NCBI GenBank assembly: GCA_003427395.1
Contig: BFEA01000040.1
Span: forward strand, 4,180,568 to 4,244,567
Direction: 5' to 3'
Source: Chara braunii
Taxonomy: Eukaryota > Plantae > Charophyceae
DNA: 64,000 nt
The notes beneath the pieces are model-generated. The model was given only the letters and a program-made list of their open reading frames with translations. It was not told the origin of the DNA and searched no databases. Shown here piece after piece: positions 1 to 11,797 of the stretch. Made by a program: the position numbers and the translations under genes. Positions within the stretch are counted from its first letter, which is position 1; each line of letters opens with the position of its first letter.

Positions 1-47
1 CTCTACGCGTTTCGCCGCTGGTGTATACAGCGCGCTCATCAGGAGGC
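1..47 (-). ncRNA. Minimal type I hammerhead ribozyme (clipped by window edge)
   Basis: Reverse complement reads GCCUC-CUGAUGA-stem II-GAAA-CGCGU-A-GAG; near-identical to 6799-6847. Confidence 0.8.
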
Positions 48-1126
48 TCCCCTCTTAACTCACAAAAAACACTCACGACTCGGGATACCAGGTAAGCCCT
101 TCCTCCCTTCCTTATATCCTCTCTCTACGCGCGCATCCTACCTACGTGCCTGCTCGAACACTTCCCCCTGTTATTCCTACTTTTTCCCTTCTCTTCGCTA
201 ACCTTCCAGATTACAGATCCGCCCATCTACATTAATCCGACATAATACGTTCCCGCTTTTTTTCTTTCTTTTCCTTTTTTGTAATGTCTTCCGGCCCCAC
301 CTATTCTTCCTCCTCCCTCCTACCTTCCCTCCTGCCCGTGCTGATCTGAGTCGTATCATCATACGAATCATACTATCTGTCGATCCTTCCTCCAAATTCT
401 CGTCTTCGACAAACCGAATGATCCGTTCCCCGCTCGCAAGTCGATTAACCCCCCAAATCTTTTCCACTTCAGCCTGTATTCCCCGTATATGGATCTGACT
501 CAACCTGTTCCCCGTATATGCACTATCCTTCCTTGAATAGCTCTATGTTACGGTTCTCCTTTTCTTTCCGCCCTTGGCTATGCTTGTCCCTTACCCTTCT
601 TCTTCCGCCATTCGCTTTCCTTATACGGTCCCGACTCTGTCATCCCCCGCAGCGCCTCGAGTGGATGTCTCCCCCGAGATTCTTTCTGCGCTCCTCCCCT
701 CCCTTTTCCACGGGCCAACTGAGCTTACTTGGAGTAGCTCTTACAACCCGCTGCGACGTCCTGTCGTTTCCTTCTTCGCCCTCCCGCCGGCCGTTAATAA
801 TTCGAACCGAATGCCTCCGGCCTACCTACGCAGTATCTTCCACACTATCCTTTTCCCGCCTTTAATAAGTACTGCATGAATCAGTTCCAGAACCACGACT
901 ACATGCGGACCAAAAACAAAAAAGCACAAGTATTTCTTACGCCGAAAATACAGAAAATAAAACAAAAAATAAAAATAAAAAAATAAAAAAAGAAAAAAGA
1001 AAAAATGAAAAATAAAACTTCACCATATTCCCTTCGCAGAAGTTTCACAAAACACCCAAAATCGTGCCTTCTCCCAGCTCTACCCACCCTGTTTACAGTT
1101 ATACGGCCCCTCCAGCGGCTCTACTT

Positions 1127-2012
1127 TTACACCCCCCTCGGACTCATGTATCTGCTCAGTCCGGGGTACTCCGCGGGGAGATAAACCCCCCACGGACCGC
1201 CGGACATCCTTGCGAACTTCGCAAGGGCCCCGAGAGAGACATCCGGGGGATACTCCCGGAGGCAAGTTTCCCACATCAGCGCTGCGATCGCAGCTTTCAT
1301 CGCTTCAACCGAACTGGAGATTCGATTCATCCGGACGAGAGTTGCGTACACCACCGCCTTCTTGGCTGCTTTCCTTGTGAACGAGGCATAATCCTGCATC
1401 GATTGTACTCTCAACGTCCCATCATCGAGCAGAGACATCTGATTCCTGGTTCTGGGGGAAGCACTGATACTTATGGGTTCGGTTTCCACAATAATACGAG
1501 TCCCCAAAAAGTCAAATGCATTTTCCCCCCCATCCTTCCGAACGAGTTTCAAATTGTCATCATAGCATTGCTAAAAAACATCCAAAATCCGGATCGCCTT
1601 TCGGAATGTCTCAGGTGTGTCTGATGCGCATCCCACCATCACGGCCACATCATTTATCATCCTCATTCCTCTTATCGCCACTTCCTCCCCCACTGCCCTC
1701 TTCATAAAAGCCGATTCGGCCATAGCACATACCAGACAGGCCAATGCAGGGCTGTAATTCCTTCCCATGGGAATTCCAAACCTTTGTACCATTATGCTTC
1801 CTGCGCATCGCACGAACGAATGTGACAACTCGAATGCCACCTCCCTTTTAATATCTTCGAATTTCATGACCACAAATTCATCTTCCTTCCGTACTTTCCT
1901 CACCATCGCACATAGTTTTCCCCTCATACTCACGCACAGTCCTTTCAAACCCTTCCTCTCGTGATAGCTTATGACCCAATCGACTGCTTCCATCACCTTT
2001 TCATGCGACAAA
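1127..2012 (-). pseudogene. Duplicated C-terminal part of PLE reverse transcriptase
   Basis: QRFGIPMGRNYSPALACL, RMINDV (DD mutated to ND), in-frame TAG at 1571-1573, then KLVRKDGGENAFDFLG to the stop at 1127. Confidence 0.85.
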
Positions 2013-2224
2013 CGCCCAAAAACAAAAAAGCACAAGTATTTCTTACGCCAAAAATACAGAAAATAAAACAGAAAATAAAAATAAAAAAATAAAAAATAAA
2101 AAATAAAAAATAAAACTTCACCATATTCCCTTCGCAGAAGTTTCACAAAACACCCAAAATCGTGCCTTCTCCCAGCTCTACCCACCCTGTTTACAGTTAC
2201 ACGGCCCCTCCAGCGGCTCTACTT

Positions 2225-2559
2225 TTACACCCCCCTCGGACCCATGTATGTGCTCAGTCCGGGGTACTCCACGGGGAGATAAACCCCCCACGGACCGCCG
2301 GACATCCTTGCGAACTTCGCAAGGGCCCCGAGAGAGACCTCCGGGGGATACCCCCGGAGGCGAGTTTCCCACATCAGCGCTGCGATCGCAGCTTTCATCG
2401 CTTCAACCGAACTGGAGATTCGATTCATCCGGACGAGAGCTGCGTACACCACCGCCTTCTTGGCTGCTTTCCTTGTGAACGAGGCATATCCTGCATCGAT
2501 TGTACTCTCAACGTCCCATCATCGAGCAGAGACATCTGATTCCTAGTTCTAGGGGAAGC
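2225..2559 (-). pseudogene. PLE RT extreme C-terminus, the continuation of the inverted RT segment
   Basis: ASPRTRNQMSLLDDG...GPWGVYLP, near-identical to 1127-1462, with a frameshift. Confidence 0.8.
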
Positions 2560-2560
2560 G

Positions 2561-4629
2561 AAAAGGAGGAAAGGAAAGATAGAAAGGGGTAAAAGGAGAT
2601 CGAACGCACCAGGAGGAATAATAATTAGATTCAATGATATGGTGTCACTCATCGATCTGTTGAAAGAGATGGTGGGGAGAGAATGTAATCAGTGGATAAC
2701 TTCATCAGGTGGGAACATCTGGATTGATAAATGGAAGGTAGTACGTAAAAAGGCGGGAGAAACCACGTTGTATGTGGAGGGTGGGAAAACTCCTATAAAG
2801 AACTGCAAACGGGTTTTGGAAGGAGGAGGGACTTTTCGGGTGGAGAAGGTAAGGATATTACCATCAGGTATCGAGCAAATGAGTAGGAATCCTATAAAGA
2901 ACTGCAAACGGGTTTTGAAAGGATATTACGTGCTGAGAGATGTCCTCCGTCAACCATGGAGAATACGCAGTCTTTACAAGAAGGGATCCAGAGAACTCAT
3001 TGTGTTGTACCGCTCTGGATCACGGTTTGCCGAGAAGATGAGTAGGAATTGGATCAAAAACATCATTACACGGATCGTGAGAAGCAAGTACGGTGCAGAA
3101 ATAAGAAGAAGACCATGTGTTAAAGTTCCGTTTTCACCTGCAGTGAAGTTGGGGGTAGTCCGGGAAGTCGCGGCTGGTTTGATACTACAGGGGGTGGCGG
3201 ATCCGGACATTGCATGGTTCGTGGCGGGAAGGATAAGAGTCGTGGTGAAGAAGGCGCCAAATGTGGGGATGGTGATACACAATCATTGGAAATGTGCGGA
3301 GGGGGTGAGGGCCGAGTGTACGTGTAGAGGACATCACATGGGGAGGAGTGAAGGACATGTGAAGGTTAGATTGTGTGAAGTGGAGAACGTACCAGGATTC
3401 CTACGAAATTCAAAGAACGTGACACCTGGAAGCATAATTAGACCAGAAGCTTTGGAGTCCTGCATCCGTGAAGGGGTGGATGGATGGGTGAAGGGAAGGA
3501 AAGACATGATACTCCACCGAGACATTGATCTCTGCTATGGAGGGAGGGATGATGTAAACAATTTGGCAATGACGACGAACGAAGTGAGGAACTGTTTTCG
3601 AAAATATAGCAAGCTGATAGAGGTACCCATCGATCGGAACCCAGGGGCCACTCTGCTATTATGTCCGGTGCTGTACCATCGCGCATATCTTGAAACATTC
3701 AATCGGAATCATAGCTTCCGTGTGGTGCAGCGGTCCGAAGATCAGGTGCGTACCAAGATGAAGGAAGATTATGTAGAAGGTGGTCTGAACCGAATTGCAA
3801 GGTGGCAGACGGGAGGGAAGATCAGCCAAGCTTATGTACTACCCAAAGACAAGGACTTGGATAGATGGAGACCAATCTCACCGTGTACAACGGATCCAGC
3901 AAGAGTGGCAGCTGCAAGAGTAGGAAGAGCAGTAAGGTATATGCTTTTTGGTTTACGAAGGGCTGAGCATTTTGATCTAAAGTCTATGGATGAGTTGGGA
4001 GAACGGTGTCGAGGAATCCAGAGGGAGTTTAGGGCGAGGGGGGACGTGGCTATTGCCAGGAGTTATCATATTAAAGATATGTTCGCGCGTTTGTCGCATG
4101 AAAAGGTGATGGAAGCAGTCGATTGGGTCATAAGCTATCACGAGAGGAAGGGTTTGAAAGGAGTGCGCGTGAGTATGAGGGGGAAACTATGTGCGATGGT
4201 GAGGAAAGTACGGAAGGAAGATGGATTTGTGGTCATGAAATTCGAAGATATTAAAAGGGAGGTGGCATTCGAGTTGTCACATTCGTTCGTGCGATGCGCA
4301 GGAAGCATAATGGTACAAAGGTTTGGAATTCCCATGGGAAGGAATTACAGCCCTGCATTGGCCTGTCTGGTATGTGCTATGGCCGAATCGGCTTTTATGA
4401 AGAGGGCAGTGGGGGAGGAAGTGGCGATAAGAGGAATGAGGATGATAGATGATGTGGCCGTGATGGTGGGATGCGCATCAGACAGACCTGAGACATTCCG
4501 AAAGGCGATCCGGATTTTGGATGTTTTTTAGCAATGCTATGATGACAATCTGAAACTCGTTCGGAAGGATGGGGGGGGAAATGCATTTGACTTTTTGGGG
4601 ACTCGTATTATTTTGCAAACCGAACCCAT
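2561..4629 (+). pseudogene. Penelope-type reverse transcriptase (linker + RT core), inverted relative to its element
   Basis: Frame open from 2561 through ORF 2639-4531; motifs PIDRNPG, YVLPKDKD..WRPI, IKDMFARL, QRFGIPMG..SPALA, RMIDDV; continues in frame past a TAG to FDFLG. Confidence 0.92.
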
Positions 4630-5081
4630 TGCGTATTCAACGACGGGGATAATTTCTTGATCAGGCTAACTTCTACCACGAACAGATCCCTCACGCCTTC
4701 TACCAAGGGAATCGCTAGATACTTCTTCCAACCAAAGATCCGCAACCAGGCATGAAGCTTAGGTGCATTCCCAATCTCCCCATGCAACACCTGACTCATG
4801 TGATCCGACCACCTAGTGATGACTGCCCGTGATGTGCATCCAATATAGAAGTGACGACACCATGGGCTAGCTAGAACGTAAACCCCAGGATTCGAGGTCG
4901 ACAGATCTTTCTCATTTCCACTTACCATCCCCACCCATTTTCTTGCCCAAGGACAATTACCATCAATTACACAACGAAGGAATAATCGAAAAATCTTATC
5001 CTCTTTCTGAGCACTTAATCTCCCTCTCCCTTCAATTGTCATTTCCCTCCGGCTCGACATCAAAACCTCCAACCGATCCAT
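4608..5081 (-). CDS. GIY-YIG endonuclease of PLE-1 (C-end cut by the inversion at about 4629)
   Basis: PGVYVLASPWCRHFYIGCTSR..RW..H, then E..LIKKLSPSLN: GIY/YIG, R, E and N motifs all present. Confidence 0.92.
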   Translation of the reverse strand: MDRLEVLMSSRREMTIEGRGRLSAQKEDKIFRLFLRCVIDGNCPWARKWVGMVSGNEKDLSTSNPGVYVLASPWCRHFYIGCTSRAVITRWSDHMSQVLHGEIGNAPKLHAWLRIFGWKKYLAIPLVEGVRDLFVVEVSLIKKLSPSLNTQWVRFAK

Positions 5082-5083
5082 AC

Positions 5084-5983
5084 TTACCTCGTGTACTTTT
5101 CAAACAAAGGTGAGATCCATCCGCTTTCTGCAAATTCCCCATATGCCAGTTTTGCCTTGCACTTCACTAATTCGCCGATTGCAGTGTCCCTTTTGGACCA
5201 TTCGATTCCCTCCCGATTGCACAACTTTCGTAACTCCGGCACTTTTTTCTCTGACAGATGCTTGTGCAGTTCTATCGCAAAGTCCAAAATACCCGGGTCA
5301 TCATCCCTCACACGTGGAGGAGTTCGTACTTCTTCCTCCTCTTCGTCGATCCTAACCGGGTCCCCCCAGTTTCCCCTCCTAATCCTCAACAACCTTCCAT
5401 CTTCTTCATTCACCCTCTTTTCCCCTTTTCTCTTTTCAATCGCTTCAACCAGTTTGCCCGCTTCCTCTCTCACTTCCTCACTTTCGTCTTCAGATTCATC
5501 TAAGTAGCTCCGAATTTCGCGTAAGACCCTTGCCTTCGTCCTGGGGGACTTCTTCTTTACTCCCGAACTCTTTGGCTGGGCACTGCTCTTAGTATGCTGG
5601 GCCAAGAGTCTAATTAGTCGCGCTTCTAGTCTAGCTTCCCGGGCGTCCGCTTCCCTCATCCTCTCCTGCTCCTTCCGGTTGTCCTCCTCTTTCCGCCGTC
5701 TCATCTCCTCTTCCCGTTCCCTCCTCTCCTCCTCGAGTTTCCTCTTTTTGATTTTTTCACGAAAATACTCCCGCATCTCCTTCGTTTCCTCATCTACCAC
5801 ACCCGCTTGGGCAAATGGTTGCGGTACAGTTTGTCTCCCATTCCCCGCGCTCCAGCAATTTCTGGCATAGTGCCCGATTTTTCCGCATAGATAACATGAA
5901 ACAACCCCTGCTTGATTCCCGCCTGCTACCGGCATACCGTTCCCAACTCCCGTCATCATTGGCACCCCCGGATTCTGCATCAT
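5084..5983 (-). CDS. Gag-like ORF1 of PLE-1: CCHC zinc knuckle, coiled coil, C-terminal SAP/HeH-like motif
   Basis: CYLCGKIGHYARNC (CX2CX4HX4C); E/R/K-rich coil; KKVPELRKLCNREGIEW. Confidence 0.8.
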   Translation of the reverse strand: MMQNPGVPMMTGVGNGMPVAGGNQAGVVSCYLCGKIGHYARNCWSAGNGRQTVPQPFAQAGVVDEETKEMREYFREKIKKRKLEEERREREEEMRRRKEEDNRKEQERMREADAREARLEARLIRLLAQHTKSSAQPKSSGVKKKSPRTKARVLREIRSYLDESEDESEEVREEAGKLVEAIEKRKGEKRVNEEDGRLLRIRRGNWGDPVRIDEEEEEVRTPPRVRDDDPGILDFAIELHKHLSEKKVPELRKLCNREGIEWSKRDTAIGELVKCKAKLAYGEFAESGWISPLFEKYTR

Positions 5984-6327
5984 ACCGCCCTACGTGTATC
6001 CCTTCTCCACTGCCTCCTCCTCCTCCTCCTCCTATCTCTCACTACACACCCCATGCTGTATAGTCTTCCCAAAAACCTCTCAATCACGCTAATTAGTTCC
6101 TCCTTCGTACTCTCGCTCCGAAATTCTAATGCAACAAAGATCATAGGAGTTACCCTATCGTACACTAGATTCTCAACGTCCTGCCAAAGCCTATCAAATT
6201 CCTCTTCCCTAAAATTTCGGTCAGTCATCCCCCTAGTCACTACTATATGTAAACGAGATGCGCACCTTGAGACTGCACACTCTCCCACTCCTTCTTCCTC
6301 CACACCCACGGAAGGTTGAAACCCCAC
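5980..6327 (-). CDS. Small upstream ORF of PLE-1, function unknown
   Basis: 115-aa ORF whose TGA overlaps the ATG of ORF1 (ATGA); Arg-rich tail. No homology recognised. Confidence 0.35.
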   Translation of the reverse strand: MGFQPSVGVEEEGVGECAVSRCASRLHIVVTRGMTDRNFREEEFDRLWQDVENLVYDRVTPMIFVALEFRSESTKEELISVIERFLGRLYSMGCVVRDRRRRRRRQWRRDTRRAV

Positions 6328-6798
6328 TTATACCAATTACACAAATAATAATGCCCCGTATGGCTGCTTTTTTAATCGTTGCCCACCCCCACTTTACCAT
6401 GCCGGCCCGACTCTCACGGACCTCAAACGCGGGGTGACGATCACGCACCTTCGTCGTTTACTCGAACTCGATGATGCCACACCTTCGTCACTGCCTAAAG
6501 TCGACAAAGTATGCCCCTGCAGACGATCACGCTCACAAGTCTCCAATAATCGCGCACGTTCGTCGTTGCTCCAAGTAGACGAATCCCAGGTCCCCGAAGA
6601 CGATCACGCTCCAAGGTCCCCAGTCACAACATCGCTGAAAAATCGTAGCCACCGCGATATGTCCACCATGTTCGGTTACCACATTCAAAGAGAATAGAGA
6701 GCGAGTACAAAAGCAAGCCCCCCCGCAGCTCCAATACACTGATATCCCCGAATCAATATGATCGATAATAGCTCATTACAACACAAAAATACGCATGT

Positions 6799-6847
6799 GC
6801 CTCTACGCGTTTCGCCGCTGGCGTATACAACGCGCTCATCAGGAGGC
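6799..6847 (-). ncRNA. Minimal type I hammerhead ribozyme with palindromic stem III
   Basis: GCCUC-CUGAUGA-GCGCGUUGUAUACGCCAGCGGC-GAAA-CGCGU-A-GAGGC; stem I GCCUC/GAGGC, GUA cleavage triplet, palindrome ACGCGU. Confidence 0.88.
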
Positions 6848-8042
6848 TCCCCTCTTAACTCATAAAAAACACTCACGACTCGGGATACCAGGTAAGCCCT
6901 TCCTCCCTTCCTTATATCCTCTCTCTACCGCATCCTACCTACGTGCCTGCTCGAACACTTCCCCCTGTTGTTCCAACTTTTTCCCTTCTCTTCGCTAACC
7001 TTCCAGATTACAGATCCGCCCCATCTACATTAATCAGACATAATACGTTCCCGCTTTTTTTTTTTCTTTTCCTTTTTTGTAATGTCTTCCGACCCCACCT
7101 ATTCTTCCTCCTCCCTCATACCTTCCCTCCTGCCCGTGCTGATCTGAGTCGTATCATCATACGAATCATACTATCTGTCGATCCTTCCTCCAGTATCTCG
7201 TCTTCGACAAACCGAATGATCCGTTCCCCGCTCGCAAGTCGATTAACCCCCCAAATCTTTTCCACTTCAGCCTGTATTCCCCGTATATGGATCTGACTCA
7301 GCCTGTTCCCCGTATATGCACTATCCTTCCTAGCATAGCTCTATGTTACGGTTCTCCTTCTCCTTCCGCCCCGGTTCCCCTCTCTCCTCACTACTTGGCT
7401 ATGCTCGTCCCTTACCCTTCTTCTTCCGCCATTCGCTTTCCTTATACGGTCCCGACTCTGTCATCCCCCGCAGCGCCTCGAGTGGATGTCTCCCCCGAGA
7501 TTCTTTCTGCGCTCCTCCCCTCCCTTTTCCACGGGCCAACTGAGCTTACTTGGAATAGCTCTTACAACCCGCTGCGACGTCCTGTCGTTCCCTCCTTCTC
7601 CCTCCCGCCGACGGTTAATAATTCGAATCGAACGCCTCCAGCCTACCTACGCAGTATCTTCCACACTATCCTTTTCCCGCCTTTAATAAGTACTGCATGA
7701 ATCGGTTTCAGAACCGCGACTACATGCGGACCAAAAACAAAAAAGCACAAGTATTTCTTACGCCGAAAATACAGAAAATAAAACAGAAAATAAAAATAAA
7801 AAAATAAAAAATAAAAAATAAAAAATAAAACTTCACCATATTCCCTTTGCAGAAGTTTCACAAAACACCCAAAATCGTGCCTTCTCCCGGCTCTACCCAC
7901 CCTGTTTACAGTTACACGGCCCCTCCAGCGGCTCTACTTTTACACCCCCCTCGGACCCATGTATCTGCTCAGTCCGGGGTACTCCGCGGGGAGATAAACC
8001 CCCCATGGACCGCCGGACATCCTTGCGAACTTCGCAAGGGCC

Positions 8043-8046
<4 letters not shown>
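6801..8046 (-). repeat. Long direct repeat of 1-1236 (pseudo-LTR of PLE-1)
   Basis: Near-identical to the window start, with small indels. Confidence 0.9.
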
Positions 8047-8112
<66 letters not shown>

Positions 8113-8276
8113 AAAAGAGAGGGGCGGCGACCGGCACAGAGTGTCGGGGGTCCGTGGCAAACTCGTCGCCCCTCCCTCTCTCTCTGTCTCTGTATCTGTT
8201 TGTCTCTCTCTCTCTCTCTCATGCGCGCGCACGAGCGTTTCCATCGTCTATTGCGAAACGGGAATGAATCTTCCCC

Positions 8277-8367
<91 letters not shown>

Positions 8368-8782
8368 NNNNNNNNNNNNNNNNNNNNNNNNNNNNNNNNN
8401 NNNNNNNNNNNNNNNNNNNNNNNNNNNNNNNNNNNNNNNNNNNNNNNNNNNNNNNNNNNNNNNNNNNNNNNNNNNNNNNNNNNNNNNNNNNNNNNNNNNN
8501 NNNNNNNNNNNNNNNNNNNNNNNNNNNNNNNNNNNNNNNNNNNNNNNNNNNNNNNNNNNNNNNNNNNNNNNNNNNNNNNNNNNNNNNNNNNNNNNNNNNN
8601 NNNNNNNNNNNNNNNNNNNNNNNNNNNNNNNNNNNNNNNNNNNNNNNNNNNNNNNNNNNNNNNNNNNNNNNNNNNNNNNNNNNNNNNNNNNNNNNNNNNN
8701 NNNNNNNNNNNNNNNNNNNNNNNNNNNNNNNNNNNNNNNNNNNNNNNNNNNNNNNNNNNNNNNNNNNNNNNNNNNNNNNNNN

Positions 8783-8858
<76 letters not shown>

Positions 8859-8875
8859 CTCTCTCTCTCTCTCTT
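8045..8875. repeat. (GA)n and (CT)n microsatellites around an assembly gap
   Basis: Directly visible. Confidence 0.95.
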
Positions 8876-9769
8876 TCAAAGTGGAAAACGGGAATGAATC
8901 TTGCCGCTTTCGAGGGAAGATGCCATCCCCTTTTCAGGTCTCTCTCTCTCTCGCTCTCTCTTTCTTCTGTGCGGCGTTTGTTTTTTACCATTCGTTTTCT
9001 TTGTTTTTTAGTGTTTTCGTATTTGATTTTTTTCTTTCTTTCTTTTTTCGTTTTGTTTGTTGTGTCACGCTGACAGAAGTGGGGCCCGACCTTCACGTAC
9101 CAACCAGGCCTTCCCTTGGCCGACCTCCAAAGGTGCTGGCGCGTTAACGGGGAAGGCCCACAGTCGATAGTTGGGCCAAGTACTGGTGGTTTAAAGCACT
9201 GGTATATGCCAGGTATCAGTTGCGGCCCACTTTTGGAGGCTGCCCGCCCCCGATTCATTTTATCTACGACGCTCAACCTCCTAAATTTTCGGAGAGGCTT
9301 AAAACTGGTTCTCCAGTTGCCTCCTAATTTTTCGGAGCGGCTCAAAACAGGTTGTCCAGTTGCCTGGGGTCATGTAGTAGTGGTTTAATCACCTCAGATT
9401 ATCACCTTAGTATCTCAAAGCCTGACTTGGATCCAATAGCGGTTACACGTACCACGATTAGGCTCAATGAGACAAGCCCGGACTGCCCCACCTTACCCAA
9501 GGCTTAGGAGGCCCACGGACAAGCCCGGAGCGGTTGTTAACCTCTTCCCAGCCCTAGTTGAAGCACAGATGAGCGAGCCTCGTCACATGGGTACTTTGGA
9601 CACCAAGCTCAAGTAGTATCCAATCGGCCCCACAATTACAATTACTACCGGATTCCTATCGAGGCACATGAGTTAGGCAGACTCAACAGACTAGCCCTGA
9701 CTGGCCCAACTTGCGCAGGATTGAGGCAGATCACGGATAACCCCGACTAAACTACATTCCCCTAAACTC

Positions 9770-11797
9770 CATTCCACACCACTCCACTACTTTTCGCCAC
9801 TCGACTCTACTATACTCGACTTTTCTCGACTTGACTTTGCTCTACTCTACACTACTGTACTCAACTCTACTCTACTTTGCTCTACTTTACTCCATTCTAT
9901 TCTAAACTACTACTATGCTCTGTTAGAGTCAGTTTGAGCCCGTTTTGAGTGTCGTTTTAGTTTGTTTTAGCGTATGGGTCCATTCAAGGTACGCCACTCT
10001 TTTCTACCGTACTCCACTCAGTTGTACTCCACTCGACTCGACGCGACTCGACTCTGCTGTACTCTATGCTACACTAGTATAAGCTATACTACTGTATTCT
10101 ACTCTACTTTACTCTTCTCAATTTTATAGTATTGTACGCTACTTTTCTTTACTCTACTCTACTCTTCTATACTCTATTGTACTATACTATATATTGCGAT
10201 ACTCTTATCTACTCACTCTACTCTACTGTATTCCACTTCACTCCACTCCACTCCACTCCACTCCACTCTTCTGTACTCTACTCCACTCCCCTCTATTCTA
10301 CTTATTTTTACTTTACTCTTCTACACTCGACTCTACTTGACTCTACTCGACTCTACTCGACTCTACTTACCCTACTCTACTCTATGCTACGCTACTTTAC
10401 TTTGTTTTACTCTTCCCTACTCTACTCCACTGTACTCTACTAATCTCTACTCTACCGTACTTTATGTTACTCACTCTACTCTACTCTACTCTACTCGATT
10501 CTACTCTGCTCTACTCTAACCTACTCTACTTTAAGATACTCTACTCTACTCTACTCTACTTACTCTACGATACTTCACGCTTTGCTACTGATTTCGACTC
10601 TACTATTTTGTACTCTTCTCTTCCCTATGCTTCTCTTCCCCACTCCACTCTACTCTAGGATACAGCTTTACTCTGCTCTACTTTATAATACTTTACGCTT
10701 CCCTACTCTTCTCGACTCTACGTCTTTCTACTCTTCTCTTCCCTAAGTTTTTTTTCCCTACTCTTCTCTACTATATGCTTCCCTGCTCTGCTCTACTCTA
10801 CTCTGCTCCACTTCGCTTTACTTGAGGCTTCCCTACTCCACTCCACTCTATTGTACTCTACTTCACTCCATTCTACTCTATTCTACTTCACTCCTCTCTG
10901 CTTCACTCCACTCTTCTACACACTACTCCACTCCACTCCACACAACTCAACTTTGCTCCACTCCACTCTCCTCCAGTCCACTCTTTTTCACTTCCATTCT
11001 ACACCACTTGACTCTACTCTACTCCACTCCGCTTTAATGTACTCCACTCGACTCTACTCTACTCTACTCGCTCCTACACTCTACGCTTCCTTCCTCCTCT
11101 CTACTCTACTCTTCTCCACTCTTCTCGTCCCTGCGCTTCTCTTCTCCACACTTCTTTTCCCTACTCTTCTCTACTCAATGTTTCTCTACTCTACATTTCC
11201 CTCATATTCTCTTCCCTACTCTTCTCTACTATACGCTTCCCTACTCTACGGCTTCGTGCTCTGCCCTACTCTGCTTAATGCTCTGCTCTTCTCTGCTATG
11301 CTCTGCTCTACACTATTCTGCTCTACTTTCCTTTGTTCTTCTCTACTTTGCTCTACACTCCTTCACACTCTGCTTTGCTCTACTCCACAGTGACTCTGCC
11401 TTACTCTACTTCATTCTGCTCTACTCTACTTCACTCGCCTCCACTGTCCCCCACTCCACTTCACTTTATTCTATTCCACTCCACTCTCCTCTACTCTACT
11501 CCACTCTACTGCACTTAGTCACTCTACTCCACTCGACTCTGCTTTACTGTGCTCTACTCTTCGTTTCCGTACTGATTTCTACTCTACTTTTCTCTACTCT
11601 TATCTTCTCTACGCTTGTCCACTCAACACTTCTTTACTTTTCGCTTCTCTGCTTTGCTCTGCTCCTCTTCTCTTTTCTACCCTGCTCTACACTACTCTCC
11701 TTTGCTCTGCTATGATCTGCTCTGCCCTGCTCTGCTATGATCTGTCTGCCCTGCTCTGCTATGATCTGCTCTCCTATGATCTGCTCTCCTATGATCT
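9770..11797 (+). repeat. Degenerate pentanucleotide satellite (CTCTA/CTCCA/CTCTG)n
   Basis: About 2 kb with 5-bp period. Confidence 0.95.

Larger units (their letters stand above)
1..8046 (-). mobile_element. Penelope-like retroelement PLE-1 (Naiad/Chlamys architecture), rearranged, with partial tandem terminal copies (pLTR-like)
   Basis: Minus-strand order: RT C-terminus + UTR + hammerhead (8046-6799), small ORF, CCHC ORF, GIY-YIG, RT (inverted 2560-4629), then two partial repeats of RT C-terminus/UTR (2559-2013 and 2012-1). Confidence 0.9.

Noticed and set aside
2639-4531. Group II intron, retron or LTR-type RT; selenocysteine recoding
   Set aside because: Motifs, GIY-YIG and hammerhead indicate a PLE; the internal stop is TAG, not TGA.
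7847-9345. Long ER/SL-repeat ORFs
   Set aside because: Microsatellite and N-gap artefacts; the same applies to such ORFs at 37.4-38.3, 55.1-56.1 and 61.7-63.1 kb.
9770-11797. Leu/Tyr/Ser/Thr-rich ORFs
   Set aside because: Translations of a pentanucleotide satellite.
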